Positions 19,106 through 29,676 are shown, counted from the first letter of the stretch. The stretch is 64,000 nt of DNA from Candidatus Eiseniibacteriota bacterium (GCA_963702435.1 CAVPCR010000004.1:370829-434828); one strand, 5' to 3'. Notes: generated by a model from the sequence alone, not told the origin. Numbers and translations: made by a program.

Positions 19106-20464
19106 TCAGAACATGAGCGAGTACGCGACCGAGACCGTGCTGCCCGTCTGTCCCGCCGTGTAGTACCCGAACGTGCTCCCCACCGGGGAGCGGTTGACGC
19201 CGATGTACTGGATGTTCAGGCGGGTATCGCGCGTCTTGAACGGGTAGAAGTTGCTGCCGATCAGGTACTCGTTGGAATTGCCGAAACCGGCATCCTCGTC
19301 ACCATAGATCTGGGATGTGGCGACATAGGCTTCCAGCTTCCTGGGCACGGGAAAGCAGGAGGCCTGGACGTAGAAGCCGTGGTCCACGATCTGGTCGATG
19401 GGCAGGGGGGCGTCGGCCTCGAACTGGTCGAGCCAGCGCACGTAATGCTCGAACTGCACGAAGAACCCCTTGTACTTCGCGCCGATGTCGGCGGCCACGA
19501 TTCGGTAGTCGAGGTTGTCGACCGTCGCGCCGGGAGCGAGGGCCCCCGTGTCGAAGACGTTGGTGGCATCGGCCAGCTTGATGGTGGTGTTCTTGGACGT
19601 CCCGGTGCCGTTGAAGCTCTGCTCCGGGCTGTAGCAGGCCGAGACGCCGAAGCGCGTGGCGATCTGCTCGTGCATCTCATAGTCGCCGTAGGCGCCGCGC
19701 GGTCCGAACTCGCCCGTCGGCATGTACCACGCGGAACCGCTGAACGTCGCGTTGCGGTCGAGATCGGAGGCCTTGACTCCGAGGATGCTGTTGCTGTTGC
19801 CGGCCATGGCGCTGTACCAGAAGCCACGGAAGAGCTCGCCGTTGGCATAGATGCCGGCGCCGAAGAAGGGCCGGAAGAACTCGTCGGCCATCACGCGGTC
19901 ATGACCGAGCCAGTAGGGATGCGAGCCGAGGATCGAGCGGGTGCCGGCATTCCCGGCGATGCCACCGTAGAGGTTGAAGTAGCGACTGAACTGGTAGCCG
20001 ACGTTCCCGAAGAGAGCGTCCTGGTCGGTGGTGTTCACGGTCCAGATGGTGAAAGTGTAGATCAGCTTCGGATCGAACATCCAGCCCTTGAGCCAGATGA
20101 TGATGCGGTGCGGGTAGAAGTCCTGGCGAGCATCGACCGGATGCTGGTTGCCCAGATGGTCGGTGTAGGTCTGCTCGCCCGGCATCTGGTTCATGTACCG
20201 CAGGACGGCGTAGGCGCTGATCGCCAGTTCCCCGCTGGACGTACGGGCGACCAGGAATCCCCGGCCGGGGTCATAGGTGCCATATGTCTCATGCTCCGGG
20301 AGAGTGGGAGCATCCTTCCCGCCGGCCGTCGAATCGGACGGTGCGGCGTTCACGGCGGCCGCCGAATCAGGCCTCGCGGATTCGTTTCCGGCGGCGATCG
20401 CGGGGGTCATCCAGAGGACAGTGCAGACCACCATCACCGGCCACAGCTTGGAACCAGCATTCAT
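19106..20464 (-). CDS. Outer-membrane porin (phosphate-selective-porin-like beta-barrel)
   Basis: ORF 19106-20629; I prefer the ATG at 20464 (MNAGSKLWPVMVVCTVLWMTPAIAA signal peptide). It is aromatic- and Gly-rich with beta-strand periodicity and a terminal ...VAYSLMF. Confidence 0.7.
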   Translation of the reverse strand: MNAGSKLWPVMVVCTVLWMTPAIAAGNESARPDSAAAVNAAPSDSTAGGKDAPTLPEHETYGTYDPGRGFLVARTSSGELAISAYAVLRYMNQMPGEQTYTDHLGNQHPVDARQDFYPHRIIIWLKGWMFDPKLIYTFTIWTVNTTDQDALFGNVGYQFSRYFNLYGGIAGNAGTRSILGSHPYWLGHDRVMADEFFRPFFGAGIYANGELFRGFWYSAMAGNSNSILGVKASDLDRNATFSGSAWYMPTGEFGPRGAYGDYEMHEQIATRFGVSACYSPEQSFNGTGTSKNTTIKLADATNVFDTGALAPGATVDNLDYRIVAADIGAKYKGFFVQFEHYVRWLDQFEADAPLPIDQIVDHGFYVQASCFPVPRKLEAYVATSQIYGDEDAGFGNSNEYLIGSNFYPFKTRDTRLNIQYIGVNRSPVGSTFGYYTAGQTGSTVSVAYSLMF

Positions 20465-20988
20465 GACGACGACCCTTTCTGTTGACGGGCGGCGGGGGCC
20501 ATTGGCATCCTCTCTCCGGTTGGTCGCGGCGCGAAGACGGTTGGGGCAACGTTCCGTGCCATGCTTCTTTCTCCGTCGGGGAGGCATTCTAGTCTCGTCC
20601 ACCCTGATCATCAACCGGACAGATGACACGCCGCGGCGGCTCGTGATCCTTGCACACGCGAGCTGCCCCCAGACCTGGTGCGCAGATGGCCGCGGTGTAC
20701 GGTGACCCGGCCCGCCTGCTGCGCCGGGGATTCCTGCGCCGGCGCGCTGGTCGAGCCCGTCATCGGATCGATTCCACTACGCGGCTGGTCTGGGCGGCAC
20801 CATCCGGTCAGCGGCGGGATGGATTCCCCGGCCCTGACGGGCCGGGAGTCCGACAGGCCGAGAACAGGAAGGTTGGCATGTTTGATGCTCATCGCGGGCG
20901 AAGTTTTCCCGCCTCCGCCACGAGGTCTCGTATATCATTGCGCGCCGTCACGAGGGCGGCGATTGCGGCCAACGGCCGAGAGCTCCCT

Positions 20989-22149
20989 ATGAGTCGAGAG
21001 AGGTGTCCATTGGAAACGCGATCCAAGGTCCAGCCGGCAGCGGTCCTGGTTCTTGCGGCCCTGTGTCTACATGTCGCAGCCGGCCAGGCGCGCGCCCAGT
21101 CGAGCGCCGCGGCGGGGGACGGATACCTCTTCCACGACGCGCATTTCCACCTCACGAACTACATCCAGGAAGGGACCGATATCCATGACTTCCTGAAGAT
21201 CATGGGGGACAAGGTAGGGCGGGTGGCGGTGTTCGGGATCCCGCTCCAGCAGCAGTGGGCCTATGAGGTCACCGGCGACTACGCCCCCACCTACTACCTG
21301 CAGACGGACGCGCCGCTCTATTACTACTCGTTCACCGACGCCCACATCGCCATGGCGTACAAGTCGTTGACTCCGGCCGAGCAGGCGCGCTTCGACCCGA
21401 TGATCACGGGTTTCAATCCGACCGACATGTACGCCGCGGATCACATCAAGCGCGTGCTTCGCACTTTCCCGGGCGTGTTCTCGGGCATCGGCGAGTTCAC
21501 GATCCACAAGGAGTTCGTCTCGTCGAAGATCTCGGGTGAGGTGGCGAGCCTCAAGAATCCGGCGCTCGATCGCATCCTCGACTTCGCCGGCGAGTCCGGG
21601 CTTGTCGTGATTCTGCACAACGACATCAACATGCCGTTTCCGAAGCCGAACCAGGATCCGTACATGGTCCTGCAGCTGAAGGAGCTCTTCGAGCGGCACA
21701 GCGGGACCACCATCATCTGGGCGCACCTGGGGCTCGGCCGGATCGTGCGGCCGGTCGAGAATCAAGTCGGGATGATCGAGCGGGCCGTCCAGAACCCGAA
21801 GCTCAACCACGTGTACTTCGACATCTCGTGGGACGAGGTCGCCAAGTATCTGGTGGCGACCCCCGAGTCGATCAAGCGATCGGCCGATCTGATCAACCGC
21901 TACCCCGACCGCTTCCTCTTCGGGACGGACGAGGTGGCGCCCACCGAGCAGGCAAAGTACCTGAAGGTCTACGACATGTACGCGCCGCTCCTGGCGGCCC
22001 TCACGCCGGAGGCGAGGGCGAAGGTCCTCAAGGGGAACTACGAGCGGCTCTTCGACGCGGCGCGGCAGAAGGTGCGGGCCTGGGAGGCGGCGAACGTGGG
22101 GAAGCCGCTGCCGCCGCCGACGCCGACACCCATTTCTGGTTACAAGTAG
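20989..22149 (+). CDS. Secreted amidohydrolase-family protein
   Basis: Internal ATG at 20989 gives a signal peptide (…AAVLVLAALCLHVAAGQARA). FHDAHFHL is a metal-binding HxH motif, with TIM-barrel hydrolase-like remainder. The 113-aa upstream extension looks non-coding. Confidence 0.7.
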   Translation: MSRERCPLETRSKVQPAAVLVLAALCLHVAAGQARAQSSAAAGDGYLFHDAHFHLTNYIQEGTDIHDFLKIMGDKVGRVAVFGIPLQQQWAYEVTGDYAPTYYLQTDAPLYYYSFTDAHIAMAYKSLTPAEQARFDPMITGFNPTDMYAADHIKRVLRTFPGVFSGIGEFTIHKEFVSSKISGEVASLKNPALDRILDFAGESGLVVILHNDINMPFPKPNQDPYMVLQLKELFERHSGTTIIWAHLGLGRIVRPVENQVGMIERAVQNPKLNHVYFDISWDEVAKYLVATPESIKRSADLINRYPDRFLFGTDEVAPTEQAKYLKVYDMYAPLLAALTPEARAKVLKGNYERLFDAARQKVRAWEAANVGKPLPPPTPTPISGYK

Positions 22150-22223
22150 CGAAGGGTGCCCGCCGGGGATGAGATTCCCGGCTCGACGACGCCACGGACG
22201 TGGCGAACACAGGGAGGAAGGCG

Positions 22224-23450
22224 ATGAAGAGACAGAGAGTCGGCGAGCGAATGAGCGCTTGCTGGATGGTCGTTCTGTTCGTGCTCCTGGCCTTGGTGCC
22301 GGCAGCCCGCGCCGAGAGCCCGCGCCTGGACATCTACGGGTTCGCGATGCTCGACATGGGCTACCAGTTCAAGCAGAACGACCCGAGCTGGTTCGACGTC
22401 CTGCGGCCGACCAAGTTGCCGGCCTTCGAGGACCAGTTCGGGCAGGACGGCCGCTTTTTCTCCGGAGTCCGCCAGAGCCGCCTCGGTGTGAAGGGCTACT
22501 TCCCCACCGAACTCGGGGAGATCAAGACGACCTTCGAGTTCGAGCTCTTCGGGGTCGGCGTCGACGCCGGCCAGACCACCTTCCGGCTCCGCCACGCCTA
22601 CGGCGAACTCGGCAAGTTCGGCGCGGGCCAGACCTGGAGCCCGTTCATGGACATCGACGTGTTCCCGAACTCGATCGAGTACTGGGGACCGAACGGCATG
22701 GTCTTCTTCCGTAACGTGCAGTTCCGCTACATGCCGATCCAGGGCGACACCCGCATGACGATCGCCATCGAGCGGCCGGGCGCGAGCGGCGACCTCGGTG
22801 AGTTCCGCTCCGGCCTCGAGGTGGAAGGCGTGCAGGCCCGCTTCCCGGCTCCGGATCTCTCGGCGGAGTACCACCGGGCGTTCGGCATGGGCTATGTCGA
22901 GGTCGCCGGGATCCTCCGCTACATCAAGTGGGACGACAATGTGGACAACCAGTTCGACCTCGAGGGCGACGAGATCGGCTGGGGCGTGAACGTGAGCTCG
23001 AACATCAACATCGACACGGCGGCCGAGGCCAACGACACGATCCGGCTCCAGGTCGTCTACGGCGAGGGGATCCAGAACTACATGAACGACGCGCCGGCCG
23101 ACATCGGCGTCGTCCCGACCGACGATCCGGTGACGCCGGTCGACGGGGAAGCGCTCCCGGTGCTCGGCCTCGTGGCCTTCTACGATCACTACTGGAACAA
23201 CAAGTGGAGCACCTCGGGCGGCTACTCGATGGTCGACATCGAGCCGTCGGAGGGGATGTCCGACGACTCCTTCGCCCGCGGCCACTATGCACTGGCCAAT
23301 CTGCTGTACTATCCGGTGAAGAACGTGATGATGGGCGGCGAGTTCCAGTGGGGTCGCCGCGAGAACCACGACGATGGATGGACCGCGGATGACTACCGCA
23401 TCCAGTTCTCGGCCAAGTACAACTTCTCGCATACGCTCGGAGGCATGTAA
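22224..23450 (+). CDS. Outer-membrane porin (DcaP-like)
   Basis: ATG at 22224 follows GGGAGGAAGG. Signal peptide ...LALVPAARA, then LDIYGFAMLDMGYQF...RQSRLGVKG... typical of this porin family. Confidence 0.7.
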   Translation: MKRQRVGERMSACWMVVLFVLLALVPAARAESPRLDIYGFAMLDMGYQFKQNDPSWFDVLRPTKLPAFEDQFGQDGRFFSGVRQSRLGVKGYFPTELGEIKTTFEFELFGVGVDAGQTTFRLRHAYGELGKFGAGQTWSPFMDIDVFPNSIEYWGPNGMVFFRNVQFRYMPIQGDTRMTIAIERPGASGDLGEFRSGLEVEGVQARFPAPDLSAEYHRAFGMGYVEVAGILRYIKWDDNVDNQFDLEGDEIGWGVNVSSNINIDTAAEANDTIRLQVVYGEGIQNYMNDAPADIGVVPTDDPVTPVDGEALPVLGLVAFYDHYWNNKWSTSGGYSMVDIEPSEGMSDDSFARGHYALANLLYYPVKNVMMGGEFQWGRRENHDDGWTADDYRIQFSAKYNFSHTLGGM

Positions 23451-24479
23451 ATGAAACCGTGCAGGAATCAGGTGATGAAGTCGGGGCTGGTCGGGCTCGC
23501 GGTCGCCGCGATCGCGTTCACGGCGGTCGCGGCCTGCGCGCAGACGCCGGCCGAGATCGAGGCGGCGCTCAAGGCCGCCCAGGACAAGTACAAGGATCTG
23601 AAGGAGGGCGCGAACGCCGACTACATTCCCGCCCTCGCCAAGGTCGACTCGAAGATCTATGGCATCGCGCTCGTGACTGTGGACGGGAAGGCGTACACGT
23701 CCGGAGACATCACCTCGGAGGTCTCGATCCAGTCGATCTCCAAGGTCTTCACCATGGCCAAGGTGATGGAGGAGCAGGGGACGGAAGCGATCGAGAAGAA
23801 CATGGGGGTCGACGCCACCGGGCAGGTGTTCAATTCGATCAACGCGGTCGAGCAGTACAAGGGCGCCGAGATGAATGCCCTGGTCAACCCGGGCGCCATC
23901 ACCGCGACGAGCATGGTCAAGGGCGGTTCGCGGGACGAGATCTGGAACAAGATCCTCGCCTACCACTCGGACTTCGCCGGGCGGCCGCTCAAGGTGAACC
24001 AGGAGGTCTACGAGTCCGAGGCGGCGACCAACCAGCGGAACCAGGCCATCGCGTCTCTCATGTTCGCCTATGGCCACATCAAGGAGAACCCGGCGCAGGC
24101 CTGCGACATCTACACCGAACAGTGCTCGATCAGCGTGAACGCCAAGGACCTGGCGACGATGGCCGCCACGCTCGCCAACGGCGGCAAGAACCCGGTCACC
24201 GGGAAGCAGGTCCTGGATGCGAAGCACGTCCCGGAAGTGCTGGCGGTGATGGCCACGGCCGGGCTCTATGACGACTCGGGCAAGTGGCTCTACAGGACCG
24301 GGCTCCCCGCCAAGAGCGGGGTCGGCGGCGGCATCATCGCCGTCTCCCCCGGCAAGTTCGGGATCGCGGTGATCTCGCCGCCGCTCGACGCGGCGGGCAA
24401 CAGCGTGAAGGCCCAGAAGGCGATCGCCGACATCTCGAACGCGCTCGGCGGCAATCCGTACGCGGCGACGCCGAAGTAG
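23451..24479 (+). CDS. glsA: Glutaminase A with signal peptide
   Basis: YIPALAKVD...IALVTVDG...SIQSISKVFT and ...GLPAKSGVGGGIIAV... are hallmark glutaminase motifs. The gene starts 1 nt after the porin stop. Confidence 0.9.
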   Translation: MKPCRNQVMKSGLVGLAVAAIAFTAVAACAQTPAEIEAALKAAQDKYKDLKEGANADYIPALAKVDSKIYGIALVTVDGKAYTSGDITSEVSIQSISKVFTMAKVMEEQGTEAIEKNMGVDATGQVFNSINAVEQYKGAEMNALVNPGAITATSMVKGGSRDEIWNKILAYHSDFAGRPLKVNQEVYESEAATNQRNQAIASLMFAYGHIKENPAQACDIYTEQCSISVNAKDLATMAATLANGGKNPVTGKQVLDAKHVPEVLAVMATAGLYDDSGKWLYRTGLPAKSGVGGGIIAVSPGKFGIAVISPPLDAAGNSVKAQKAIADISNALGGNPYAATPK

Positions 24480-24599
24480 CGCGCGGCGACGCCGGCGGTC
24501 GGACAGGAACACATTGAGGGCGGGCTCGAGCCCCTGCCCTCCCGGCTCAGACACTCGCCGGCCGACACACTGGTGTGCTCATAGCATCCCGGGTGCCGG

Positions 24600-24616
24600 C
24601 CGGCGAAACTCGCCGG
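24600..24616. terminator. Short GC hairpin between convergent glsA and the IMPase gene
   Basis: CCGGCGA-AAC-TCGCCGG is a perfect 7-bp stem. There is no U-tract, so its function is uncertain. Confidence 0.3.
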
Positions 24617-24658
24617 GGAGGGCAGGGCTCGTCGCCCGCCCTGTTCGTTGCGCCGCGG

Positions 24659-25474
24659 CTACTCGGTGGGGAGAGAGAGTTTGAGGACGGCGAGCATCTC
24701 GTCGTGGATGAGACCGTTTGAGGCGCAGATGCCGGGACACGTGAGGTGGAATGGTGTGCCGTCGATGGCGGTGATGCGGCCGCCTGCCTCCTGGATGAGT
24801 AGGGCGCCGGCGGCGAGATCCCACGGCTTGAGGCGGAGCTCCCAGAAGCCGTCGAAGCGGCCGCAGGCGACATAGGCGAGATCGATGGCGGCGGCGCCGG
24901 CGCGGCGGATGGCGAGGGCGCGGGTCGCGAAGCGGGCAAAGTGATCGAGGTTGTTGTCGGGGTTGGTGCGGATGTCGTAGGGGAAGCCGGTGGCGAGGAA
25001 GCCGCGGTCGAGGTGACCGGTCCCGGAGGCCTGGATGGATCTGCCGTTGAGGGTTGCCCCGGAGCCGAGGGCCGCGGTGAACATCTCCTCGAGCATGGGT
25101 ATGTAGACTGCCCCTGCGACGAGCTGATGATCGCGCTCGACGCCCACCGATACCGCGAACATGGGGAACGAGCGGGCGAAGTTGGTGGTGCCGTCGAGGG
25201 GGTCGATGATCCAGCGGATGCTGGTGGCCGGGTTGCCGTCGGCCCCGCGTTCCTCGGCGAGCACGGAGTCCAGGGGCCGCTCGGCGCGGATGGTCGAGAC
25301 GGCAATCTCCTCCGCCGCGTGATCGGCCTCGGTCACGAGATCGATCGCGCCTTTCTGGTCCACGCGCCCGGCGTCACCGAAGCGCGCCCGGAGGTGGTCG
25401 CCGGCGGCGCGGGCCGCGCGCTCGGCGAGGGTGCGGAGTGGCTGTAAGATGATAGGGTCTCCCGAGTCAGACAC
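24659..25474 (-). CDS. Inositol monophosphatase family protein
   Basis: WIIDPLDGTTNF and the ...WDLAAG... motifs of the IMPase/SuhB family, in a 271-aa ORF. Confidence 0.9.
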   Translation of the reverse strand: MSDSGDPIILQPLRTLAERAARAAGDHLRARFGDAGRVDQKGAIDLVTEADHAAEEIAVSTIRAERPLDSVLAEERGADGNPATSIRWIIDPLDGTTNFARSFPMFAVSVGVERDHQLVAGAVYIPMLEEMFTAALGSGATLNGRSIQASGTGHLDRGFLATGFPYDIRTNPDNNLDHFARFATRALAIRRAGAAAIDLAYVACGRFDGFWELRLKPWDLAAGALLIQEAGGRITAIDGTPFHLTCPGICASNGLIHDEMLAVLKLSLPTE

Positions 25475-25522
25475 GCGCGGAGCCTACGCAGAGGCCGGCC
25501 GCGCTGCAAGGGGGAGGACATC

Positions 25523-26209
25523 GTGCCCGGAGGCGAGTTGCTCCTGCCGCCGTTCACCGTGGAGGGAGAACTGGCGGCACTGGTTGACATCGGTCTCCTC
25601 ACCGCGGGCGGGCTCGAGGTCACGCCGGCGGGTGCAGCCATCGGGGCGGCGATTGCGGCCGAGGCGGCGGCCAAGCGCGCGTTCGCCGGTGACCGCGCGA
25701 TCGGGGACGTCCCGGGCGTCGCGCCGGTCCGGCGGCTCATGAGCGCCCTCGGCACCGATCCCACGAAGACGCGCCCGTCCTCGGAGGCGCTGCTGCGCCG
25801 TGTGCTCAGGGGGCAGGGTCTCTACGCGGTGAACAACGTGGTCGACACGGTGAACCTGGCGTCGCTCCGCTGGCTCCTGCCCATGGGCCTCTACGATCTT
25901 GCGGCATTGCGCGGGAATCTGCGGCTTGCGCGCGGCGGTTCCGGCGACGGCTACTCCGGCATCGGCAAGGAGCACGTGAGCCTCGCGGACCGGCCGGCGC
26001 TCTACGACGACGAGGGGCCGTTCGGGGCTCCGACCTCCGATTCGTTCCGGACGCGGGTCCACGCCGGAACGACGCGCATCCTCCTCGTCGTCTTCGCGCC
26101 CCGCGACATCCACGCCGACATGCTCCCGCGGTGTCTCGCCGATACCAGGGACCTCCTCGTCAATCTCTGCGGGGCGCGCCCGGGCTCCGAGCGACTTCTC
26201 CGCGGCTAG
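25523..26209 (+). CDS. B3/B4 tRNA-binding-domain protein
   Basis: ...TKTRPSSEALLRRVLRGQGLYAVNNVVDTVNLASLRWLLPMGLYD... matches the B3/4 domain pattern. Confidence 0.7.
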   Translation: MPGGELLLPPFTVEGELAALVDIGLLTAGGLEVTPAGAAIGAAIAAEAAAKRAFAGDRAIGDVPGVAPVRRLMSALGTDPTKTRPSSEALLRRVLRGQGLYAVNNVVDTVNLASLRWLLPMGLYDLAALRGNLRLARGGSGDGYSGIGKEHVSLADRPALYDDEGPFGAPTSDSFRTRVHAGTTRILLVVFAPRDIHADMLPRCLADTRDLLVNLCGARPGSERLLRG

Positions 26210-26329
26210 TCCTGGAACGGCCGGCGCCCGCCGCCGAACGCGCCTCGCGGGTCGCCGCGCCGCCGAGCGCGACCCAGTGACCCTCGAAACCGCGCGGACC
26301 GCCCTGGCGACGGGTGCTATCCTCGGCCC

Positions 26330-27742
26330 ATGGTGCGCCTCGATCGCCTCCTCGTCGCCGGCCCGCGGAGCGGCGCCGGCAAGACCACGATCACCCTCGG
26401 GCTCCTCGCCGGCGCGGTCGAGCGCGGACGGAAGGTGCAGCCGTTCAAGGTGGGGCCCGACTTCATCGACACCGGGTTCCACGCGGCGCTCACCCGTCGC
26501 CCCTGCTACAACCTCGACGGCTGGATGATGCCGGGCGAGCGGCTCGCCGACACCTTCCGCCGCGCCATGCGCCGCGGCGCCGATCTCGCCGTGGTCGAGG
26601 GCATGATGGGCCTCTACGACGGCGCGGGCGCGGGTGAGGAGGGCACTGCGAGCGCCGACATCGCCAGGCGGCTCGGGCTCCCGGTGATCCTGGTCCTCGA
26701 CGTATTCGCCATGGCCGGCTCGGCCGGCGCCGCGGCGCTCGGCTACCGGCTCTACGATCCCGACGTCAACGTGGCCGGCGTCATCCTGAACCGGGTCGTC
26801 GGGGAGCGGCATGCGGCGGCCTGCAAGGAATCGCTCGACCGCGCCGGTTTTCGCGTCCTGGGCGTGGTGCCGGCGGACGATGCCCTCGTCCTCCCGGAGC
26901 GGCATCTCGGCCTGGTGCCGGCGTGGGAGCAGGCAGGAGCAGGGAAGGCGCTCGCCTCGATGGCGCGCGCGGTCGCCCAGCACCTCGACATGGACGCGAT
27001 CCTCGCCCTCGCGGCCTCCGCGCCGCCCCTGGGAGATCTTGCCGCCGGCGACTTGCAGGGGAACGGCGGCGCCAAGCCGGCGCCGGTCACGATCGGTCTC
27101 GCTCGCGACGAGGCCTTCGGTTTCTACTACCAGGACACGCTCGATGCGCTTGCCGCCGCCGGGGCATCGCTCGTCCCGTTCGCGCCTTCGCGCGATGAGG
27201 AGCTGCCCGCCACCCTCGGCGGCCTCTATCTCGGCGGCGGCTTTCCCGAGCGCCACCTCGATGCGCTCGAGGCCAATGTGACGCTTCGCTCGGAGATCGC
27301 GCGGCTCGCCCGGGCAGGCCTGCCGATCTACGCCGAGTGCGGCGGGCTCATGTATCTCTGCCGGTCGATCGCGCCCGAGCGGGGCGCGCGCCGGGCGATG
27401 GCCGGGGTGCTCGACGGGCACGTGCGCATGGGCGGCCGGCAGGCGATCGCCTACGTCGGCGTGGAGGTGCGGGAAGACACGCCGCTCGCACCGCAGGGGA
27501 CGCACCTCCGCGGCCATGTCTTCCACAACTCGGTGGTCGAGCGGATCGGACCCGACGCGCGCTTCACCTACCGGCTCGCGCCCGGGCCGGGGATCAGGGA
27601 TCTCGAAGACGGCTGGCTCTCGGGGAACGTGCTGGCGAGCTACACCCACCTGCCGCTCGCCGCCTACCCGGAGCTGGTCGCACGCTGGCTCGCCGCGTGC
27701 CGGCACTTTCGTGACCGGCAAGCTGCAGCTGGTGGTGCATAG
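26330..27742 (+). CDS. cbiA: Cobyrinate a,c-diamide synthase
   Basis: The N-terminal P-loop GPRSGAGKTTITLGL...FKVGPDFID is followed by a C-terminal GATase-like ...YAECGGLMYL... Confidence 0.85.
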   Translation: MVRLDRLLVAGPRSGAGKTTITLGLLAGAVERGRKVQPFKVGPDFIDTGFHAALTRRPCYNLDGWMMPGERLADTFRRAMRRGADLAVVEGMMGLYDGAGAGEEGTASADIARRLGLPVILVLDVFAMAGSAGAAALGYRLYDPDVNVAGVILNRVVGERHAAACKESLDRAGFRVLGVVPADDALVLPERHLGLVPAWEQAGAGKALASMARAVAQHLDMDAILALAASAPPLGDLAAGDLQGNGGAKPAPVTIGLARDEAFGFYYQDTLDALAAAGASLVPFAPSRDEELPATLGGLYLGGGFPERHLDALEANVTLRSEIARLARAGLPIYAECGGLMYLCRSIAPERGARRAMAGVLDGHVRMGGRQAIAYVGVEVREDTPLAPQGTHLRGHVFHNSVVERIGPDARFTYRLAPGPGIRDLEDGWLSGNVLASYTHLPLAAYPELVARWLAACRHFRDRQAAAGGA

Positions 27743-27915
27743 CGAGCCACCCCGTTACCCGCCGCGGGCGGGAAACGGCAGCCAGGAGGCGACTTAGCGC
27801 CGGGACGCGGCTGGCACCGACCTTGCTCTCTCCCGGTCGGGGTGCTCTTGCCCCCGAGTTGATCTGGGCAATTTGGCGCGGAAGAAGGTCCACCGCGGAG
27901 AAGGAGAGGAACGTG

Positions 27916-28845
27916 ATGAGCGCTCGCACCTGCTGGCGCCGGAGGGCGCGTGTATCTATCGCCGGGCTCGTGCTGGCCCTCGTCGCCGGCGGATTCGGCG
28001 GCTGCGATGAGACCGGCACGAGCACGGTGGGTGAGGACGAGCTCGCTCCCCCGCTCGGACTCACCAGCATCACGGGGAATCGGGAAGTGACCCTCATCTG
28101 GTACACGAGCAACTTCGAGTCGGGATTCGAGGGTTACATCGTGTACCAGCGCAACGGCGACTACGAGACGGACCGGTCGTCGCCGCTGCCCACGGGCTTC
28201 GTCGAGGTGGATCGCATGCCGCTCGGCCAGTCCGGCACACAGCAGAGCGTTCTGGTCCAGGATCTCGAGAACGGTACGACCTTCAGCTTCGCGATCTGCG
28301 CCTACCGCGACGGCGGAAACGAGGTGAGCCTCGCGAGCAACATCGTCGCCGACACCCCGCGTCCCGAGATCACGAGCGTCACTCTGACCTCGGCCTCGAC
28401 CGGCGATGTGTCCGGCAACGACGCCACGGCGGGCTTCGACTTCGCGGGCTTCGCCATCGAGAGCGTGCCTCTCGATCTCAGCGGATCCAACTACACCAAC
28501 AACTCGGGGACCGATGTCGTGCACGAGGCCTTCGATCCCGGCCAGGCCAACCTGAACATCCGCTCGTGGCTCGCCGGGATGAACGGCGGCGGGGTGCAGG
28601 ATCTGGGCTGGATGGGGAATCTCGACGGTTCCTCCGAGGCGCCGCCCGAAGGGTATGCCGATTCGGGCGAGTCGGTGCTCCTGACCGTGGGGCATGTCTA
28701 TGCCGTCCGGACCGGCGACGGTCACTACGGCAAGCTGATCGTGACGAGCGTCCAGGGGGCGCCTGCGCACCTCGTGACGTTCAATGCGGCCTACCAGACC
28801 AAGCCCGACGAACCGAACTACTTCCCGGCGCTCGGCATCCACTAG
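27916..28845 (+). CDS. Lipoprotein with fibronectin-III-like domain
   Basis: ATG at 27916 follows AAGGAGAGG. Lipobox ...LVAGGFGGC, then ...LTSITGNREVTLIWYTS...GYIVYQR..., which is FN3-like. Confidence 0.55.
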   Translation: MSARTCWRRRARVSIAGLVLALVAGGFGGCDETGTSTVGEDELAPPLGLTSITGNREVTLIWYTSNFESGFEGYIVYQRNGDYETDRSSPLPTGFVEVDRMPLGQSGTQQSVLVQDLENGTTFSFAICAYRDGGNEVSLASNIVADTPRPEITSVTLTSASTGDVSGNDATAGFDFAGFAIESVPLDLSGSNYTNNSGTDVVHEAFDPGQANLNIRSWLAGMNGGGVQDLGWMGNLDGSSEAPPEGYADSGESVLLTVGHVYAVRTGDGHYGKLIVTSVQGAPAHLVTFNAAYQTKPDEPNYFPALGIH

Positions 28846-28974
28846 AGGCGGCAGCCGGGCGCTCACCAGGCGCCTGCACGCGCTGGCGGCGCGCTCCCGG
28901 AACGGGCGGCGGTGCTCTCGCATCGCCGCCCGTTCCATGTCATCCTTCCGCCGGCAACGGAAGGATGGGGGAGC

Positions 28975-29676
28975 ATGAGACGCCAGCGATCGCCGGCCTT
29001 GTGGTATGGCCTCCTGCTGCTCGCCGCGCTCGCCATCGCGGTGTGGCGTCTCTCCGCAGGGGGCATCTCGCCCTTCCCGGATTCCCTCCTCCAGCCCGCG
29101 CCGCGAGTCGCGCTCGTGGACGCCTTCGCCCGCGCCGGCGTGCGCTACCCGCCGGCCGAGGTCGCCCTGCTCGGGTTCAAGGCGGAGAAGTCCCTCGAGG
29201 TGTGGGCGGCCGACGGCGGACCGTGGCGATTCATCACGAGCTACCCGATCCGCGCCGCGAGCGGCCGGGCCGGCCCCAAGCTCCGCGAGGGCGACCGGCA
29301 GGTTCCGGAGGGTGTCTACCGGATCGTCTGGCTCAATCCCCACTCGAGCTTTCACCTGTCCATGCAGCTCGACTATCCGAATGCCTTCGATCGTCGCCGC
29401 GCCCGCGCCGACGGGCGCACGCAGCCCGGCAGCGACATCTTCATCCACGGCGCTGCGGTGTCGATCGGCTGCCTCGCCATGGGCGACCGGGCGATCGAGG
29501 AGCTCTATGCGCTGGTCGAGAAGACCGGACTCGCCGGCGCCCGCGTCCTCCTCGCTCCGCACGATCCACGGGTGCGGCCGCTCCCGCGCACGCTCGGCGG
29601 GGCGCCGGCGTGGCTGCCGGAACTGTACGACCAGCTCGAGGCGGAGTTCGCTGCCTTCAAGAAGGACGCGGGTTGA
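28975..29676 (+). CDS. L,D-transpeptidase (YkuD-like) family protein
   Basis: A signal anchor is followed by ...SDIFIHGAAVSIGCLAM..., which fits the H-G-x-S-x-GC catalytic motif. Confidence 0.65.
   Translation: MRRQRSPALWYGLLLLAALAIAVWRLSAGGISPFPDSLLQPAPRVALVDAFARAGVRYPPAEVALLGFKAEKSLEVWAADGGPWRFITSYPIRAASGRAGPKLREGDRQVPEGVYRIVWLNPHSSFHLSMQLDYPNAFDRRRARADGRTQPGSDIFIHGAAVSIGCLAMGDRAIEELYALVEKTGLAGARVLLAPHDPRVRPLPRTLGGAPAWLPELYDQLEAEFAAFKKDAG

Noticed and set aside
20465-20640. Possible structured 5' leader or riboswitch upstream of the minus-strand porin gene, with a TAGAAT-like box about 150 nt before the ATG.
   Set aside because: No recognisable riboswitch consensus. This cannot be evaluated without folding or covariation tools.
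20650-20988. 113-codon N-terminal extension of the amidohydrolase ORF.
   Set aside because: The extension is Arg/Gly-rich and has no signal peptide. The internal ATG at 20989 gives a canonical signal peptide directly.
26210-26329. Possible cobalamin riboswitch upstream of cbiA.
   Set aside because: The leader is only about 120 nt, and I could not find a B12-box or the conserved core.
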